This document shows, in pieces, positions 14,217-31,300 of a stretch of DNA of 64,000 nt. Source of the stretch: Auanema rhodensis (taxonomy: Eukaryota; Animalia; Nematoda). The notes under the pieces were generated by a model, which saw nothing but the letters and a program-made list of their open reading frames with translations, did not search any database and was not told the DNA's origin. The stretch lies in the NCBI GenBank assembly GCA_964057225.1, contig OZ059894.1:18290001-18354000 (forward strand). Reading direction: 5' to 3'. Position 1 is the stretch's first letter. The number at the start of each line of letters is the position of its first letter. Position numbers and translations under genes: made by a program.

Positions 14217-17200
14217 TGGTTACCATGCACCAATATCAATAAAAATTTGTTTTAAGACTAATATGGACATGGGGAATCTAATTTTGAAAACCGCATCTCT
14301 TTATCTTTTACGGAAAGCGAGTTGCATACCATGTGCACATCACCTGTACATTTGATTAGCATAAATTAAAATTCACGTAAATTTCAAAGTCATGGTTATC
14401 ATGCACCAATATCAATAAAAATTTGTTTTAAGACTAATATGGACATGGGGAATCTAATTTTGAAAACCGCATCTTTTTATCTTTCACGTGAAGCGAGTTA
14501 CATACCATGTGCACATCACGTGTACATTTAATTAGCATAAATTAAAGTTCACGTAAATTTCAAAGTCATGGTTACCATGCACCAATATCAATAAAAATTT
14601 GTTTTTAGTCTAATATGGAAATGGGGAATCTAATTTTGAAAACCGCATCTCTTTATCTTTTACGGGAAGCGAGTTACATACCATGTGCACATCACGTGTA
14701 CATTTAATTAGCATAAATTAAAGTTCACGTAAATTTCAAAGTCATGGTTACCATGCACCAATATCGATAAAAATTTGTTTTTAGACTAATATGGACATGG
14801 GGAATCTAATTTTGAAAACCGCATCTCTTTATCTTTCACGGGAAGCGAGTTACATATCATGTGCACATCACGTGTACATTTAATTAGCATAAATTAAAGT
14901 TCACGTAAATTTCAAAGTCATGGTTACCTTGCACCAGTATCAATGAAAATTTGTTTTCGGACTAATATGGCCATGGGGAAACTAATTTTAAAAACCGCAT
15001 CTCTTTATCTTTTACGGAAAGCGAGTTACATACCATGTGTAAATCACGTGTACATTTAATTAGCACAAATTAAAGTTCACGTAAATTTCAAAGTCATGGT
15101 TACCATGCACCAGTATAAATGAAAATTTGTTTTTGGACTAATATGGCCATAGGGAATCTAATTATGAAAACCGCATCTCTTTATCTTTCACGGAAAGAGA
15201 GTTACATATCATGTGCACATCACGTGTACATTTAATTAGCATAAATTAAAGTTCACGTAAATTTCAAAGTCATGGTTACCATGCACCAGTATCAATAAAA
15301 ATTTGTTTTTGGATTAATATGGCCATGGGGAATCTAATTTTGAAAACCGCATCTCTTTATCTTTTACGGAAAGCGAGTTGCATACCATGTGCACATCACC
15401 TGTACATTTGATTATCATAAATTAAAATTCACGTAAATTTCAAAGTCATGGTTATCATGCACCAATATCAATAAAAATTTGTTTTAAGACTAATATGGAC
15501 ATGGGGAATCTAATTTTGAAAACTGCATCTTTTTATCTTTCACGTGAAGCGAGTTACATACCATGTGCACATCACGTGTACATTTAATTAGCATAAATTA
15601 AAGTTCACGTAAATTTCAAAGTCATGGTTACCATGCACCAATATCAATAAAAATTTGTTTTTAGTCTAATATGGCCATGCGGAATGTAATTATAAAAACC
15701 GCATCTCTTTATCTTTCACGGAGAGCGAGTTACATACCATGTGCACATCACGTGTACATTTAATTAGCATAAATTAAAGTTCACGTAAATTTCAAAGTCA
15801 TGGTTACCATGCACCAGTATCAATGAAAATTTGTTTTTGGACTAATATGGCCATAGGGAATCTAATTTTCAAAACCCCATCTTTTTATCTATTACGGAAA
15901 GCGAGTTACATACCATGTGCCCATCACGTGTACATTTAATTAGCATAAATTAAAGTTCACGTAAATTTCAAAGTCATGGTTACCATGCACCAGTATCAAT
16001 GAAAATTTGTTTTTGGACTAATATGGCCATAGGGAATCTAATTTTGAAAACGGCATCTCTTCATCTTTGAGTTACATACCATGTGTACATCACGTGTACA
16101 TTTAATTAGCATAAATTAAAGTTCACGTAATTTTCAAAGTCATGGTTACCATGCACCAATATCGATAAAAATTTGTTTTTAGACTAATATGGACATGGGG
16201 AATCTAATTTTGAAAACCGCATCTCTTTATCTTTTACGGAAATCGAGTTGCATACCATGTGCACATCACCTGTACATTTGATTAGCATAAATTAAAGTTC
16301 ACGTAAATTTCAAAGTCATGGTTACCATGCACCAATATCAATTAAAATTTGTTTTTAGTCTAATATGGCCATGCGGAATGTAATTATAAAAACCGCATCT
16401 CTTTATCTTTCACGGAGAGCGAGTTACATACCATGTGCACATCACTTGTACATTTAATTAGCATAAATTAAAGTTCACGTAAATTTCAAAGTCATGGTTA
16501 CCATGCACCAGTATCAATGAAAATTTGTTTTTGGACTAATATGGCCATAGGGAATCTAATTTTCAAAACCCCATCTTTTTATCTATTACGGAAAGCGAGT
16601 TACATACCATATGCCCATCACGTGTACATTTAATTAGCATAAATTAAAGTTCACTTAAATTTCAAAGTCATGGTTACCATGCGCCTATATCAATAAAAAT
16701 TTGTTTTTGGACTAATATGGCCATGGGGAATCTAATTTTGAAAACCGCATCTTTTTATCTTTCACGTGAAGCGAGTTACATACCATGTGCACATCACGTG
16801 TACATTTAATTAGCATAAATTAAAGTTCACGTAAATTTCAAAGTCATGGTTACCATGCACCAATATCAATAAAAATTTGTTTTAAGACTGATATGGACAT
16901 GGGGAATCTAATTTTGAAAACCGCATCTCTTTATCTTTTACGGAAAGCGAGTTGCATACCATGTGCACATCACCTGTACATTTGATTAGCATAAATTAAA
17001 ATTCACGTAAATTTCAAAGTCATGGTTATCATGCACCAATATCAATAAAAATTTGTTTTAAGACTAATATGGACATGGGGAATCTAATTTTGAAAACCGC
17101 ATCTTTTTATCTTTCACGTGAAGCGAGTTACATACCATGTGCACATCACGTGTACATTTAATTAGCATAAATTAAAGTTCACGTAAATTTCAAAGTCATG

Positions 17201-19382
17201 GTTACCATGCACCAATATCAATAAAAATTTGTTTTTAGTCTAATATGGAAATGGGGAATCTAATTTTGAAAACCGCATCTCTTTATCTTTTACGGGAAGC
17301 GAGTTACATACCATGTGCACATCACGTGTACATTTAATTAGCATAAATTAAAGTTCACGTAAATTTCAAAGTCATGGTTACCATGCACCAATATCGATAA
17401 AAATTTGTTTTTAGACTAATATGGACATGGGGAATCTAATTTTGAAAACCGCATCTCTTTATCTTTCACGGGAAGCGAGTTACATATCATGTGCACATCA
17501 CGTGTACATTTAATTAGCATAAATTAAAGTTCACGTAAATTTCAAAGTCATGGTTACCTTGCACCAGTATCAATGAAAATTTGTTTTCGGACTAATATGG
17601 CCATGGGGAAACTAATTTTAAAAACCGCATCTCTTTATCTTTTACGGAAAGCGAGTTACATACCATGTGTAAATCACGTGTACATTTAATTAGCACAAAT
17701 TAAAGTTCACGTAAATTTCAAAGTCATGGTTACCATGCACCAGTATAAATGAAAATTTGTTTTTGGACTAATATGGCCATAGGGAATCTAATTATGAAAA
17801 CCGCATCTCTTTATCTTTCACGGAAAGAGAGTTACATATCATGTGCACATCACGTGTACATTTAATTAGCATAAATTAAAGTTCACGTAAATTTCAAAGT
17901 CATGGTTACCATGCACCAGTATCAATAAAAATTTGTTTTTGGATTAATATGGCCATGGGGAATCTAATTTTGAAAACCGCATCTCTTTATCTTTTACGGA
18001 AAGCGAGTTGCATACCATGTGCACATCACCTGTACATTTGATTATCATAAATTAAAATTCACGTAAATTTCAAAGTCATGGTTATCATGCACCAATATCA
18101 ATAAAAATTTGTTTTAAGACTAATATGGACATGGGGAATCTAATTTTGAAAACTGCATCTTTTTATCTTTCACGTGAAGCGAGTTACATACCATGTGCAC
18201 ATCACGTGTACATTTAATTAGCATAAATTAAAGTTCACGTAAATTTCAAAGTCATGGTTACCATGCACCAATATCAATAAAAATTTGTTTTTAGTCTAAT
18301 ATGGCCATGCGGAATGTAATTATAAAAACCGCATCTCTTTATCTTTCACGGAGAGCGAGTTACATACCATGTGCACATCACGTGTACATTTAATTAGCAT
18401 AAATTAAAGTTCACGTAAATTTCAAAGTCATGGTTACCATGCACCAGTATCAATGAAAATTTGTTTTTGGACTAATATGGCCATAGGGAATCTAATTTTC
18501 AAAACCCCATCTTTTTATCTATTACGGAAAGCGAGTTACATACCATGTGCCCATCACGTGTACATTTAATTAGCATAAATTAAAGTTCACGTAAATTTCA
18601 AAGTCATGGTTACCATGCACCAGTATCAATGAAAATTTGTTTTTGGACTAATATGGCCATAGGGAATCTAATTTTGAAAACGGCATCTCTTCATCTTTGA
18701 GTTACATACCATGTGTACATCACGTGTACATTTAATTAGCATAAATTAAAGTTCACGTAATTTTCAAAGTCATGGTTACCATGCACCAATATCGATAAAA
18801 ATTTGTTTTTAGACTAATATGGACATGGGGAATCTAATTTTGAAAACCGCATCTCTTTATCTTTTACGGAAATCGAGTTGCATACCATGTGCACATCACC
18901 TGTACATTTGATTAGCATAAATTAAAGTTCACGTAAATTTCAAAGTCATGGTTACCATGCACCAATATCAATTAAAATTTGTTTTTAGTCTAATATGGCC
19001 ATGCGGAATGTAATTATAAAAACCGCATCTCTTTATCTTTCACGGAGAGCGAGTTACATACCATGTGCACATCACTTGTACATTTAATTAGCATAAATTA
19101 AAGTTCACGTAAATTTCAAAGTCATGGTTACCATGCACCAGTATCAATGAAAATTTGTTTTTGGACTAATATGGCCATAGGGAATCTAATTTTCAAAACC
19201 CCATCTTTTTATCTATTACGGAAAGCGAGTTACATACCATATGCCCATCACGTGTACATTTAATTAGCATAAATTAAAGTTCACTTAAATTTCAAAGTCA
19301 TGGTTACCATGCGCCTATATCAATAAAAATTTGTTTTTGGACTAATATGGCCATGGGGAATCTAATTTTGAAAACCGCATCT
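14217..19382. repeat. Block duplication, offset 2630 bp (15 monomers): ~14217-16752 repeated at ~16847-19382
   Basis: Private markers GGATTAATAT (15311/17941), ATTATCATAA (15411/18041) and CCATATGCCC (16611/19241). Confidence 0.88.
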
Positions 19383-22300
19383 CTTTATCTTTTACGGAAA
19401 GCGAGTTGCATACCATGTGCACATCACCTGTACATTTGATTAGCATAAATTAAAATTCACGTAAATTTCAAAGTCATGGTTATCATGCACCAATATCAAT
19501 AAAAATTTGTTTTAAGACTAATATGGACATGGGGAATCTAATTTTGAAAACTGCATCTTTTTATCTTTCACGTGAAGCGAGTTACATACCATGTGCACAT
19601 CACGTGTACATTTAATTAGCATAAATTAAAGTTCACGTAAATTTCAAAGTCATGGTTACCATGCACCAATATCAATAAAAATTTGTTTTTAGTCTAATAT
19701 GGCCATGCGGAATGTAATTATAAAAACCGCATCTCTTTATCTTTCACGGAGAGCGAGTTACATACCATGTGCACATCACGTGTACATTTAATTAGCATAA
19801 ATTAAAGTTCACGTAAATTTCAAAGTCATGGTTACCATGCACCAGTATCAATGAAAATTTGTTTTTGGACTAATATGGCCATAGGGAATCTAATTTTCAA
19901 AACCCCATCTTTTTATCTATTACGGAAAGCGAGTTACATACCATGTGCCCATCACGTGTACATTTAATTAGCATAAATTAAAGTTCACGTAAATTTCAAA
20001 GTCATGGTTACCATGCACCAGTATCAATGAAAATTTGTTTTTGGACTAATATGGCCATAGGGAATCTAATTTTGAAAACGGCATCTCTTCATCTTTGAGT
20101 TACATACCATGTGTACATCACGTGTACATTTAATTAGCATAAATTAAAGTTCACGTAATTTTCAAAGTCATGGTTACCATGCACCAATATCGATAAAAAT
20201 TTGTTTTTAGACTAATATGGACATGGGGAATCTAATTTTCAAAACCCCATCTTTTTATCTATTACGGAAAGCGAGTTACATACCATGTGCCCATCACGTG
20301 TACATTTAATTAGCATAAATTAAAGTTCACTTAAATTTCAAAGTCATGGTTACCATGCGCCTATATCAATAAAAATTTGTTTTTGGACTAATATGGCCAT
20401 GGGGAATCTAATTTTGAAAACCGCATCTCTTTATCTTTTACGGAAAGCGAGTTGCATACCATGTGCACATCACCTGTACATTTGATTAGCATAAATTAAA
20501 ATTCACGTAAATTTCAAAGTCATGGTTATCATGCACCAATATCAATAAAAATTTGTTTTAAGACTAATATGGACATGGGGAATCTAATTTTGAAAACTGC
20601 ATCTTTTTATCTTTCACGTGAAGCGAGTTACATACCATGTGCACATCACGTGTACATTTAATTAGCATAAATTAAAGTTCACGTAAATTTCAAAGTCATG
20701 GTTACCATGCACCAATATCAATAAAAATTTGTTTTTAGTCTAATATGGCCATGCGGAATGTAATTATAAAAACCGCATCTCTTTATCTTTCACGGAGAGC
20801 GAGTTACATACCATGTGCACATCACGTGTACATTTAATTAGCATAAATTAAAGTTCACGTAAATTTCAAAGTCATGGTTACCATGCACCAGTATCAATGA
20901 AAATTTGTTTTTGGACTAATATGGCCATAGGGAATCTAATTTTCAAAACCCCATCTTTTTATCTATTACGGAAAGCGAGTTACATACCATGTGCCCATCA
21001 CGTGTACATTTAATTAGCATAAATTAAAGTTCACGTAAATTTCAAAGTCATGGTTACCATGCACCAGTATCAATGAAAATTTGTTTTTGGACTAATATGG
21101 CCATAGGGAATCTAATTTTGAAAACGGCATCTCTTCATCTTTGAGTTACATACCATGTGTACATCACGTGTACATTTAATTAGCATAAATTAAAGTTCAC
21201 GTAATTTTCAAAGTCATGGTTACCATGCACCAATATCGATAAAAATTTGTTTTTAGACTAATATGGACATGGGGAATCTAATTTTGAAAACCGCATCTCT
21301 TTATCTTTTACGGAAATCGAGTTGCATACCATGTGCACATCACCTGTACATTTGATTAGCATAAATTAAAGTTCACGTAAATTTCAAAGTCATGGTTACC
21401 ATGCACCAATATCAATTAAAATTTGTTTTTAGTCTAATATGGCCATGCGGAATGTAATTATAAAAACCGCATCTCTTTATCTTTCACGGAGAGCGAGTTA
21501 CATACCATGTGCACATCACTTGTACATTTAATTAGCATAAATTAAAGTTCACGTAAATTTCAAAGTCATGGTTACCATGCACCAGTATCAATGAAAATTT
21601 GTTTTTGGACTAATATGGCCATAGGGAATCTAATTTTCAAAACCCCATCTTTTTATCTATTACGGAAAGCGAGTTACATACCATGTGCCCATCACGTGTA
21701 CATTTAATTAGCATAAATTAAAGTTCACTTAAATTTCAAAGTCATGGTTACCATGCGCCTATATCAATAAAAATTTGTTTTTAGTCTAATATGGCCATGG
21801 GGAATCTAATTATGAAAACCGCATCTCTTTATCTTTTACGGAAAGCGAGTTGCATACCATGTGCACATCACGTGTACATTTAATAAGCATAAATTAAAGT
21901 TCACGTAAATTTCAAAGTCATGGTTACCATGCACCAGTATCAATAAAAATTTGTTTTTGGACTAATATGGCCATGGGGAATCTAATTTTGAAAACCGCAT
22001 CTCTTTATCTTTTACGGAAAGCGAGTTGCATACCATGTGCACATCACGTGTACATTCGATTAGCATAAATTAAAGTTCACGTAAATTTCAAAGTCATGGT
22101 TACCATGCACCAGTATCAATAAAAATTTGTTTTTGGACTAATATGGCCATGGGGAATCTAATTTTGAAAACCGCATCTCTTTATCTTTTACGGAAAGAGA
22201 GTTACATATCATGTGCACATCACGTGTACATTTAATAAGCATAAATTAAAGTTCACGTAAATTTCAAAGTCATGGTTACCATGCACCAGTATCAATAAAA

Positions 22301-25300
22301 ATTTGTTTTTGGACTAATATGGCCATGGGGAATCTAATTTTCAAAACCCCATCTTTTTATCTATTACGGGAAGCGAGTTACATACCATGTGTAAATCACG
22401 TGTACATTTAATAAGCATAAATTAAAGTTCACGTAAATTTCAAAGTCATGGTTACCATGCACCAGTATCAATAAAAATTTGTTTTTGGACTAATATGGCC
22501 ATGGGGAATCTAATTTTGAAAACCGCATCTCTTTATCTTTTACGGAAAGCGAGTTGCATACCATGTGCACATCACGTGTACATTTGATTAGCATAAGTTA
22601 AAGTTCACGTAAATTTCAAAGTCATGGTTACCATGCACCAATATCAATAAAAATTTGTTTTAAGACTAATATGGCCATGGGGAATCTAATTTTGAAAACC
22701 GCATCTCTTTATCTTTTACGGAAAGAGAGTTACATATCATGTGCACATCACGTGTACATTTAATTAGCATAAATTAAAGTTCACGTAAATTTCAAAGTCA
22801 TGGTTACCATGCACCAGTATCAATAAAAATTTGTTTTTGGACTAATATGGCCATGGGGAATCTAATTTCGAAAACCGCATCTCTTTATCTTTTACGGAGA
22901 GCGAGTTGCATACCATGTGCACATCACGTGTACATTTAATTAGCATAAATTAAAGTTCACGTAAATTTCAAAGTCATGGTTACCATGCACCAATATCGAT
23001 AAAAATTTGTTTTTAGACTAATATGGACATGGGGAATCTAATTTTGAAAACCGCATCTCTTTATCTTTCACGGGAAGCGAGTTACATATCATGTGTAAAT
23101 CACGTGTACATTTAATTAGCATAAATTAAAGTTCACGTAAATTTCAAAGTCATGGTTACCATGCACCAGTATAAATGAAAATTTGTTTTTGGACTAATAT
23201 GGCCATAGGGAATCTAATTATGAAAACCGCATCTCTTTATCTTTCACGGAAAGAGAGTTACATATCATGTGCACATCACGTGTACATTTAATCAGCATAA
23301 ATTAAAGTTCACGTAAATTTCAAAGTCATGGTTACCATGCACCAGTATCAATAAAAATTTGTTTTTGGACTAATATGGCCATGGGGAATCTAATTTTGAA
23401 AACCGCATCTCTTTATCTTTTACGGAGAGCGAGTTGCATACCATGTGCACATCACGTGTACATTTAATTAGCATAAATTAAAGTTCACGTAAATTTCAAA
23501 GTCATGGTTACCATGCACCAATATCAATAAAAATTTGTTTTTGGACTAATATGGCCATGGGGAATCTAATTTTGAAAACCGCATCTCTTTATCTTTTACG
23601 GAAAGCGAGTTGCATACCATGTGCACATCACGTGTACATTTGATTAGCATAAATTAAAGTTCACATAAATTTCAAAGTCATGGTTACCATGCACCAATAT
23701 CAATAAAAATTTGTTTTAAGACTAATATGGACATGGGGAATCTAATTTTGAAAACCGCATCTCTTTATCTTTTACGGAAAGCGAGTTGCATACCATGTGC
23801 ACATCACCTGTACATTTGATTAGCATAAATTAAAATTCACGTAAATTTCAAAGTCATGGTTATCATGCACCAATATCAATAAAAATTTGTTTTAAGACTA
23901 ATATGGACATGGGGAATCTAATTTTGAAAACCGCATCTCTTTATCTTTCACGTGAAGCGAGTTACATACCATGTGCACATCACGTGTACATTTAATTAGC
24001 ATAAATTAAAGTTCACGTAAATTTCAAAGTCATGGTTACCATGCACCAATATCAATAAAAATTTGTTTTTAGTCTAATATGGCCATGCGGAATGTAATTA
24101 TAAAAACCGCATCTCTTTATCTTTCACGGAGAGCGAGTTACATACCATGTGCACATCACGTGTACATTTAATTAGCATGAATTAAAGTTCACGTAAATTT
24201 CAAAGTCATGGTTACCATGCACCAGTATCAATGAAAATTTGTTTTTGGACTAATATGGCCATAGGGAATCTAATTTTCAAAACCCCATCTTTTTATCTAT
24301 TACGGAAAGCGAGTTACATACCATGTGCCCATCACGTGTACATTTAATTAGCATAAATTAAAGTTCACGTAAATTTCAAAGTCATGGTTACCATGCACCA
24401 GTATCAATGAAAATTTATTTTTGGACTATTATGGCCATAGGGAATCTAATTATGAAAACCGCATCTCTTTATCTTTCACGGAAAGAGAGTTACATATCAT
24501 GTGCACATCACGTGTACATTTAATTAGCATAAATTAAAGTTCACGTAAATTTCAAAGTCATGGTTACCATGCACCAGTATCAATAAAAATTTGTTTTTGG
24601 ATTAATATGGCCATGGGGAATCTAATTTTGAAAACCGCATCTCTTTATCTTTTACGGAAAGCGAGTTGCATACCATGTGCACATCACCTGTACATTTGAT
24701 TATCATAAATTAAAATTCACGTAAATTTCAAAGTCATGGTTATCATGCACCAATATCAATAAAAATTTGTTTTAAGACTAATATGGACATGGGGAATCTA
24801 ATTTTGAAAACTGCATCTTTTTATCTTTCACGTGAAGCGAGTTACATACCATGTGCACATCACGTGTACATTTAATTAGCATAAATTAAAGTTCACGTAA
24901 ATTTCAAAGTCATGGTTACCATGCACCAATATCAATAAAAATTTGTTTTTAGTCTAATATGGCCATGCGGAATGTAATTATAAAAACCGCATCTCTTTAT
25001 CTTTCACGGAGAGCGAGTTACATACCATGTGCACATCACGTGTACATTTAATTAGCATAAATTAAAGTTCACGTAAATTTCAAAGTCATGGTTACCATGC
25101 ACCAGTATCAATGAAAATTTGTTTTTGGACTAATATGGCCATAGGGAATCTAATTTTCAAAACCCCATCTTTTTATCTATTACGGAAAGCGAGTTACATA
25201 CCATGTGCCCATCACGTGTACATTTAATTAGCATAAATTAAAGTTCACGTAAATTTCAAAGTCATGGTTACCATGCACCAGTATCAATGAAAATTTGTTT

Positions 25301-28300
25301 TTGGACTAATATGGCCATAGGGAATCTAATTTTGAAAACGGCATCTCTTCATCTTTGAGTTACATACCATGTGTACATCACGTGTACATTTAATTAGCAT
25401 AAATTAAAGTTCACGTAATTTTCAAAGTCATGGTTACCATGCACCAATATCGATAAAAATTTGTTTTTAGACTAATATGGACATGGGGAATCTAATTTTG
25501 AAAACCGCATCTCTTTATCTTTTACGGAAATCGAGTTGCATACCATGTGCACATCACCTGTACATTTGATTAGCATAAATTAAAGTTCACGTAAATTTCA
25601 AAGTCATGGTTACCATGCACCAATATCAATTAAAATTTGTTTTTAGTCTAATATGGCCATGCGGAATGTAATTATAAAAACCGCATCTCTTTATCTTTCA
25701 CGGAGAGCGAGTTACATACCATGTGCACATCACTTGTACATTTAATTAGCATAAATTAAAGTTCACGTAAATTTCAAAGTCATGGTTACCATGCACCAGT
25801 ATCAATGAAAATTTGTTTTTGGACTAATATGGCCATAGGGAATCTAATTTTCAAAACCCCATCTTTTTATCTATTACGGAAAGCGAGTTACATACCATAT
25901 GCCCATCACGTGTACATTTAATTAGCATAAATTAAAGTTCACTTAAATTTCAAAGTCATGGTTACCATGCGCCTATATCAATAAAAATTTGTTTTTGGAC
26001 TAATATGGCCATGGGGAATCTAATTTTGAAAACCGCATCTCTTTATCTTTTACGGAAAGCGAGTTGCATACCATGTGCACATCACCTGTACATTTGATTA
26101 GCATAAATTAAAATTCACGTAAATTTCAAAGTCATGGTTATCATGCACCAATATCAATAAAAATTTGTTTTAAGACTAATATGGACATGGGGAATCTAAT
26201 TTTGAAAACTGCATCTTTTTATCTTTCACGTGAAGCGAGTTACATACCATGTGCACATCACGTGTACATTTAATTAGCATAAATTAAAGTTCACGTAAAT
26301 TTCAAAGTCATGGTTACCATGCACCAATATCAATAAAAATTTGTTTTTAGTCTAATATGGCCATGCGGAATGTAATTATAAAAACCGCATCTCTTTATCT
26401 TTCACGGAGAGCGAGTTACATACCATGTGCACATCACGTGTACATTTAATTAGCATAAATTAAAGTTCACGTAAATTTCAAAGTCATGGTTACCATGCAC
26501 CAGTATCAATGAAAATTTGTTTTTGGACTAATATGGCCATAGGGAATCTAATTTTCAAAACCCCATCTTTTTATCTATTACGGAAAGCGAGTTACATACC
26601 ATGTGCCCATCACGTGTACATTTAATTAGCATAAATTAAAGTTCACGTAAATTTCAAAGTCATGGTTACCATGCACCAGTATCAATGAAAATTTGTTTTT
26701 GGACTAATATGGCCATAGGGAATCTAATTTTGAAAACGGCATCTCTTCATCTTTGAGTTACATACCATGTGTACATCACGTGTACATTTAATTAGCATAA
26801 ATTAAAGTTCACGTAATTTTCAAAGTCATGGTTACCATGCACCAATATCGATAAAAATTTGTTTTTAGACTAATATGGACATGGGGAATCTAATTTTCAA
26901 AACCCCATCTTTTTATCTATTACGGAAAGCGAGTTACATACCATGTGCCCATCACGTGTACATTTAATTAGCATAAATTAAAGTTCACTTAAATTTCAAA
27001 GTCATGGTTACCATGCGCCTATATCAATAAAAATTTGTTTTTGGACTAATATGGCCATGGGGAATCTAATTTTGAAAACCGCATCTCTTTATCTTTTACG
27101 GAAAGCGAGTTGCATACCATGTGCACATCACCTGTACATTTGATTAGCATAAATTAAAATTCACGTAAATTTCAAAGTCATGGTTATCATGCACCAATAT
27201 CAATAAAAATTTGTTTTAAGACTAATATGGACATGGGGAATCTAATTTTGAAAACTGCATCTTTTTATCTTTCACGTGAAGCGAGTTACATACCATGTGC
27301 ACATCACGTGTACATTTAATTAGCATAAATTAAAGTTCACGTAAATTTCAAAGTCATGGTTACCATGCACCAATATCAATAAAAATTTGTTTTTAGTCTA
27401 ATATGGCCATGCGGAATGTAATTATAAAAACCGCATCTCTTTATCTTTCACGGAGAGCGAGTTACATACCATGTGCACATCACGTGTACATTTAATTAGC
27501 ATAAATTAAAGTTCACGTAAATTTCAAAGTCATGGTTACCATGCACCAGTATCAATGAAAATTTGTTTTTGGACTAATATGGCCATAGGGAATCTAATTT
27601 TCAAAACCCCATCTTTTTATCTATTACGGAAAGCGAGTTACATACCATGTGCCCATCACGTGTACATTTAATTAGCATAAATTAAAGTTCACGTAAATTT
27701 CAAAGTCATGGTTACCATGCACCAGTATCAATGAAAATTTGTTTTTGGACTAATATGGCCATAGGGAATCTAATTTTGAAAACGGCATCTCTTCATCTTT
27801 GAGTTACATACCATGTGTACATCACGTGTACATTTAATTAGCATAAATTAAAGTTCACGTAATTTTCAAAGTCATGGTTACCATGCACCAATATCGATAA
27901 AAATTTGTTTTTAGACTAATATGGACATGGGGAATCTAATTTTGAAAACCGCATCTCTTTATCTTTTACGGAAATCGAGTTGCATACCATGTGCACATCA
28001 CCTGTACATTTGATTAGCATAAATTAAAGTTCACGTAAATTTCAAAGTCATGGTTACCATGCACCAATATCAATTAAAATTTGTTTTTAGTCTAATATGG
28101 CCATGCGGAATGTAATTATAAAAACCGCATCTCTTTATCTTTCACGGAGAGCGAGTTACATACCATGTGCACATCACTTGTACATTTAATTAGCATAAAT
28201 TAAAGTTCACGTAAATTTCAAAGTCATGGTTACCATGCACCAGTATCAATGAAAATTTGTTTTTGGACTAATATGGCCATAGGGAATCTAATTTTCAAAA

Positions 28301-31300
28301 CCCCATCTTTTTATCTATTACGGAAAGCGAGTTACATACCATGTGCCCATCACGTGTACATTTAATTAGCATAAATTAAAGTTCACTTAAATTTCAAAGT
28401 CATGGTTACCATGCGCCTATATCAATAAAAATTTGTTTTTAGTCTAATATGGCCATGGGGAATCTAATTATGAAAACCGCATCTCTTTATCTTTTACGGA
28501 AAGCGAGTTGCATACCATGTGCACATCACGTGTACATTTAATAAGCATAAATTAAAGTTCACGTAAATTTCAAAGTCATGGTTACCATGCACCAGTATCA
28601 ATAAAAATTTGTTTTTGGACTAACATGGCCATGGGGAATCTAATTTTGAAAACCGCATCTCTTTATCTTTTACGGAAAGCGAGTTGCATACCATGTGCAC
28701 ATCACGTGTACATTCGATTAGCATAAATTAAAGTTCACGTAAATTTCAAAGTCATGGTTACCATGCACCAGTATCAATAAAAATTTGTTTTTGGACTAAT
28801 ATGGCCATGGGGAATCTAATTTTGAAAACCGCATCTCTTTATCTTTTACGGAAAGAGAGTTACATATCATGTGCACATCACGTGTACATTTAATAAGCAT
28901 AAATTAAAGTTCACGTAAATTTCAAAGTCATGGTTACCATGCACCAGTATCAATAAAAATTTGTTTTTGGACTAATATGGCCATGGGGAATCTAATTTTC
29001 AAAACCCCATCTTTTTATCTATTACGGGAAGCGAGTTACATACCATGTGTAAATCACGTGTACATTTAATAAGCATAAATTAAAGTTCACGTAAATTTCA
29101 AAGTCATGGTTACCATGCACCAGTATCAATAAAAATTTGTTTTTGGACTAATATGGCCATGGGGAATCTAATTTTGAAAACCGCATCTCTTTATCTTTTA
29201 CGGAAAGCGAGTTGCATACCATGTGCACATCACGTGTACATTTGATTAGCATAAGTTAAAGTTCACGTAAATTTCAAAGTCATGGTTACCATGCACCAAT
29301 ATCAATAAAAATTTGTTTTAAGACTAATATGGCCATGGGGAATCTAATTTTGAAAACCGCATCTCTTTATCTTTTACGGAAAGAGAGTTACATATCATGT
29401 GCACATCACGTGTACATTTAATTAGCATAAATTAAAGTTCACGTAAATTTCAAAGTCATGGTTACCATGCACCAGTATCAATAAAAATTTGTTTTTGGAC
29501 TAATATGGCCATGGGGAATCTAATTTCGAAAACCGCATCTCTTTATCTTTTACGGAGAGCGAGTTGCATACCATGTGCACATCACGTGTACATTTAATTA
29601 GCATAAATTAAAGTTCACGTAAATTTCAAAGTCATGGTTACCATGCACCAATATCGATAAAAATTTGTTTTTAGACTAATATGGACATGGGGAATCTAAT
29701 TTTGAAAACCGCATCTCTTTATCTTTCACGGGAAGCGAGTTACATATCATGTGTAAATCACGTGTACATTTAATTAGCATAAATTAAAGTTCACGTAAAT
29801 TTCAAAGTCATGGTTACCTTGCATCAGTATCAATGAAAATTTGTTTTCGGACTAATATGGCCATGGGGAATCTAATTTTAAAAACCGCATCTCTTTATCT
29901 TTTACGGGAAGCGAGTTACATATCATGTGCACATCACGTGTACATTTAATTAGCATAAATTAAAGTTCACGTAATTTTCAAAGTCATGGTTACCATGCAC
30001 CAATATCGATAAAAATTTGTTTTTAGACTAATATGGACATGGGGAATCTAATTTTGAAAACCGCATCTCTTTATCTTTTACGGAAATCGAGTTGCATACC
30101 ATGTGCACATCACCTGTACATTTGATTAGCATAAATTAAAGTTCACGTAAATTTCAAAGTCATGGTTACCATGCGCCTATATCAATAAAAATTTGTTTTT
30201 AGTCTAATATGGAAATGGGGAATCTAATTTTGAAAACCGCATCTTTATCTTTTACGGGAAGCGAGTTACATACCATGTGCACATCACGTGTACATTTAAT
30301 TAGCATAAATTAAAGTTCACGTAAATTTCAAAGTCATGGTTACCTTGCACCAGTATCAATGAAAATTTGTTTTCGGACTAATATGGCCATGGGGAATCTA
30401 ATTTTAAAAACCGCATCTCTTTATCTTTTACGGAAAGCGAGTTACATACCATGTGTAAATCACGTGTACATTTAATTAGCACAAATTAAAGTTCACGTAA
30501 ATTTCAAAGTCATGGTTACCATGCACCAGTATAAATGAAAATTTGTTTTTGGACTAATATGGCCATAGGGAATCTAATTATGAAAACCGCATCTCTTTAT
30601 CTTTCACGGAAAGAGAGTTACATATCATGTGCACATCACGTGTACATTTAATCAGCATAAATTAAAGTTCACGTAAATTTCAAAGTCATGGTTACCATGC
30701 ACCAGTATCAATAAAAATTTGTTTTTGGACTAATATGGCCATGGGGAATCTAATTTTGAAAACCGCATCTCTTTATCTTTTACGGAGAGCGAGTTGCATA
30801 CCATGTGCACATCACGTGTACATTTAATTAGCATAAATTAAAGTTCACGTAAATTTCAAAGTCATGGTTACCATGCACCAATATCAATAAAAATTTGTTT
30901 TTGGACTAATATGGCCATGGGGAATCTAATTTTGAAAACCGCATCTCTTTATCTTTTACGGAAAGCGAGTTGCATACCATGTGCACATCACGTGTACATT
31001 TGATTAGCATAAATTAAAGTTCACATAAATTTCAAAGTCATGGTTACCATGCACCAATATCAATAAAAATTTGTTTTAAGACTAATATGGACATGGGGAA
31101 TCTAATTTTGAAAACCGCATCTCTTTATCTTTTACGGAAAGCGAGTTGCATACCATGTGCACATCACCTGTACATTTGATTAGCATAAATTAAAATTCAC
31201 GTAAATTTCAAAGTCATGGTTATCATGCACCAATATCAATAAAAATTTGTTTTAAGACTAATATGGACATGGGGAATCTAATTTTGAAAACCGCATCTCT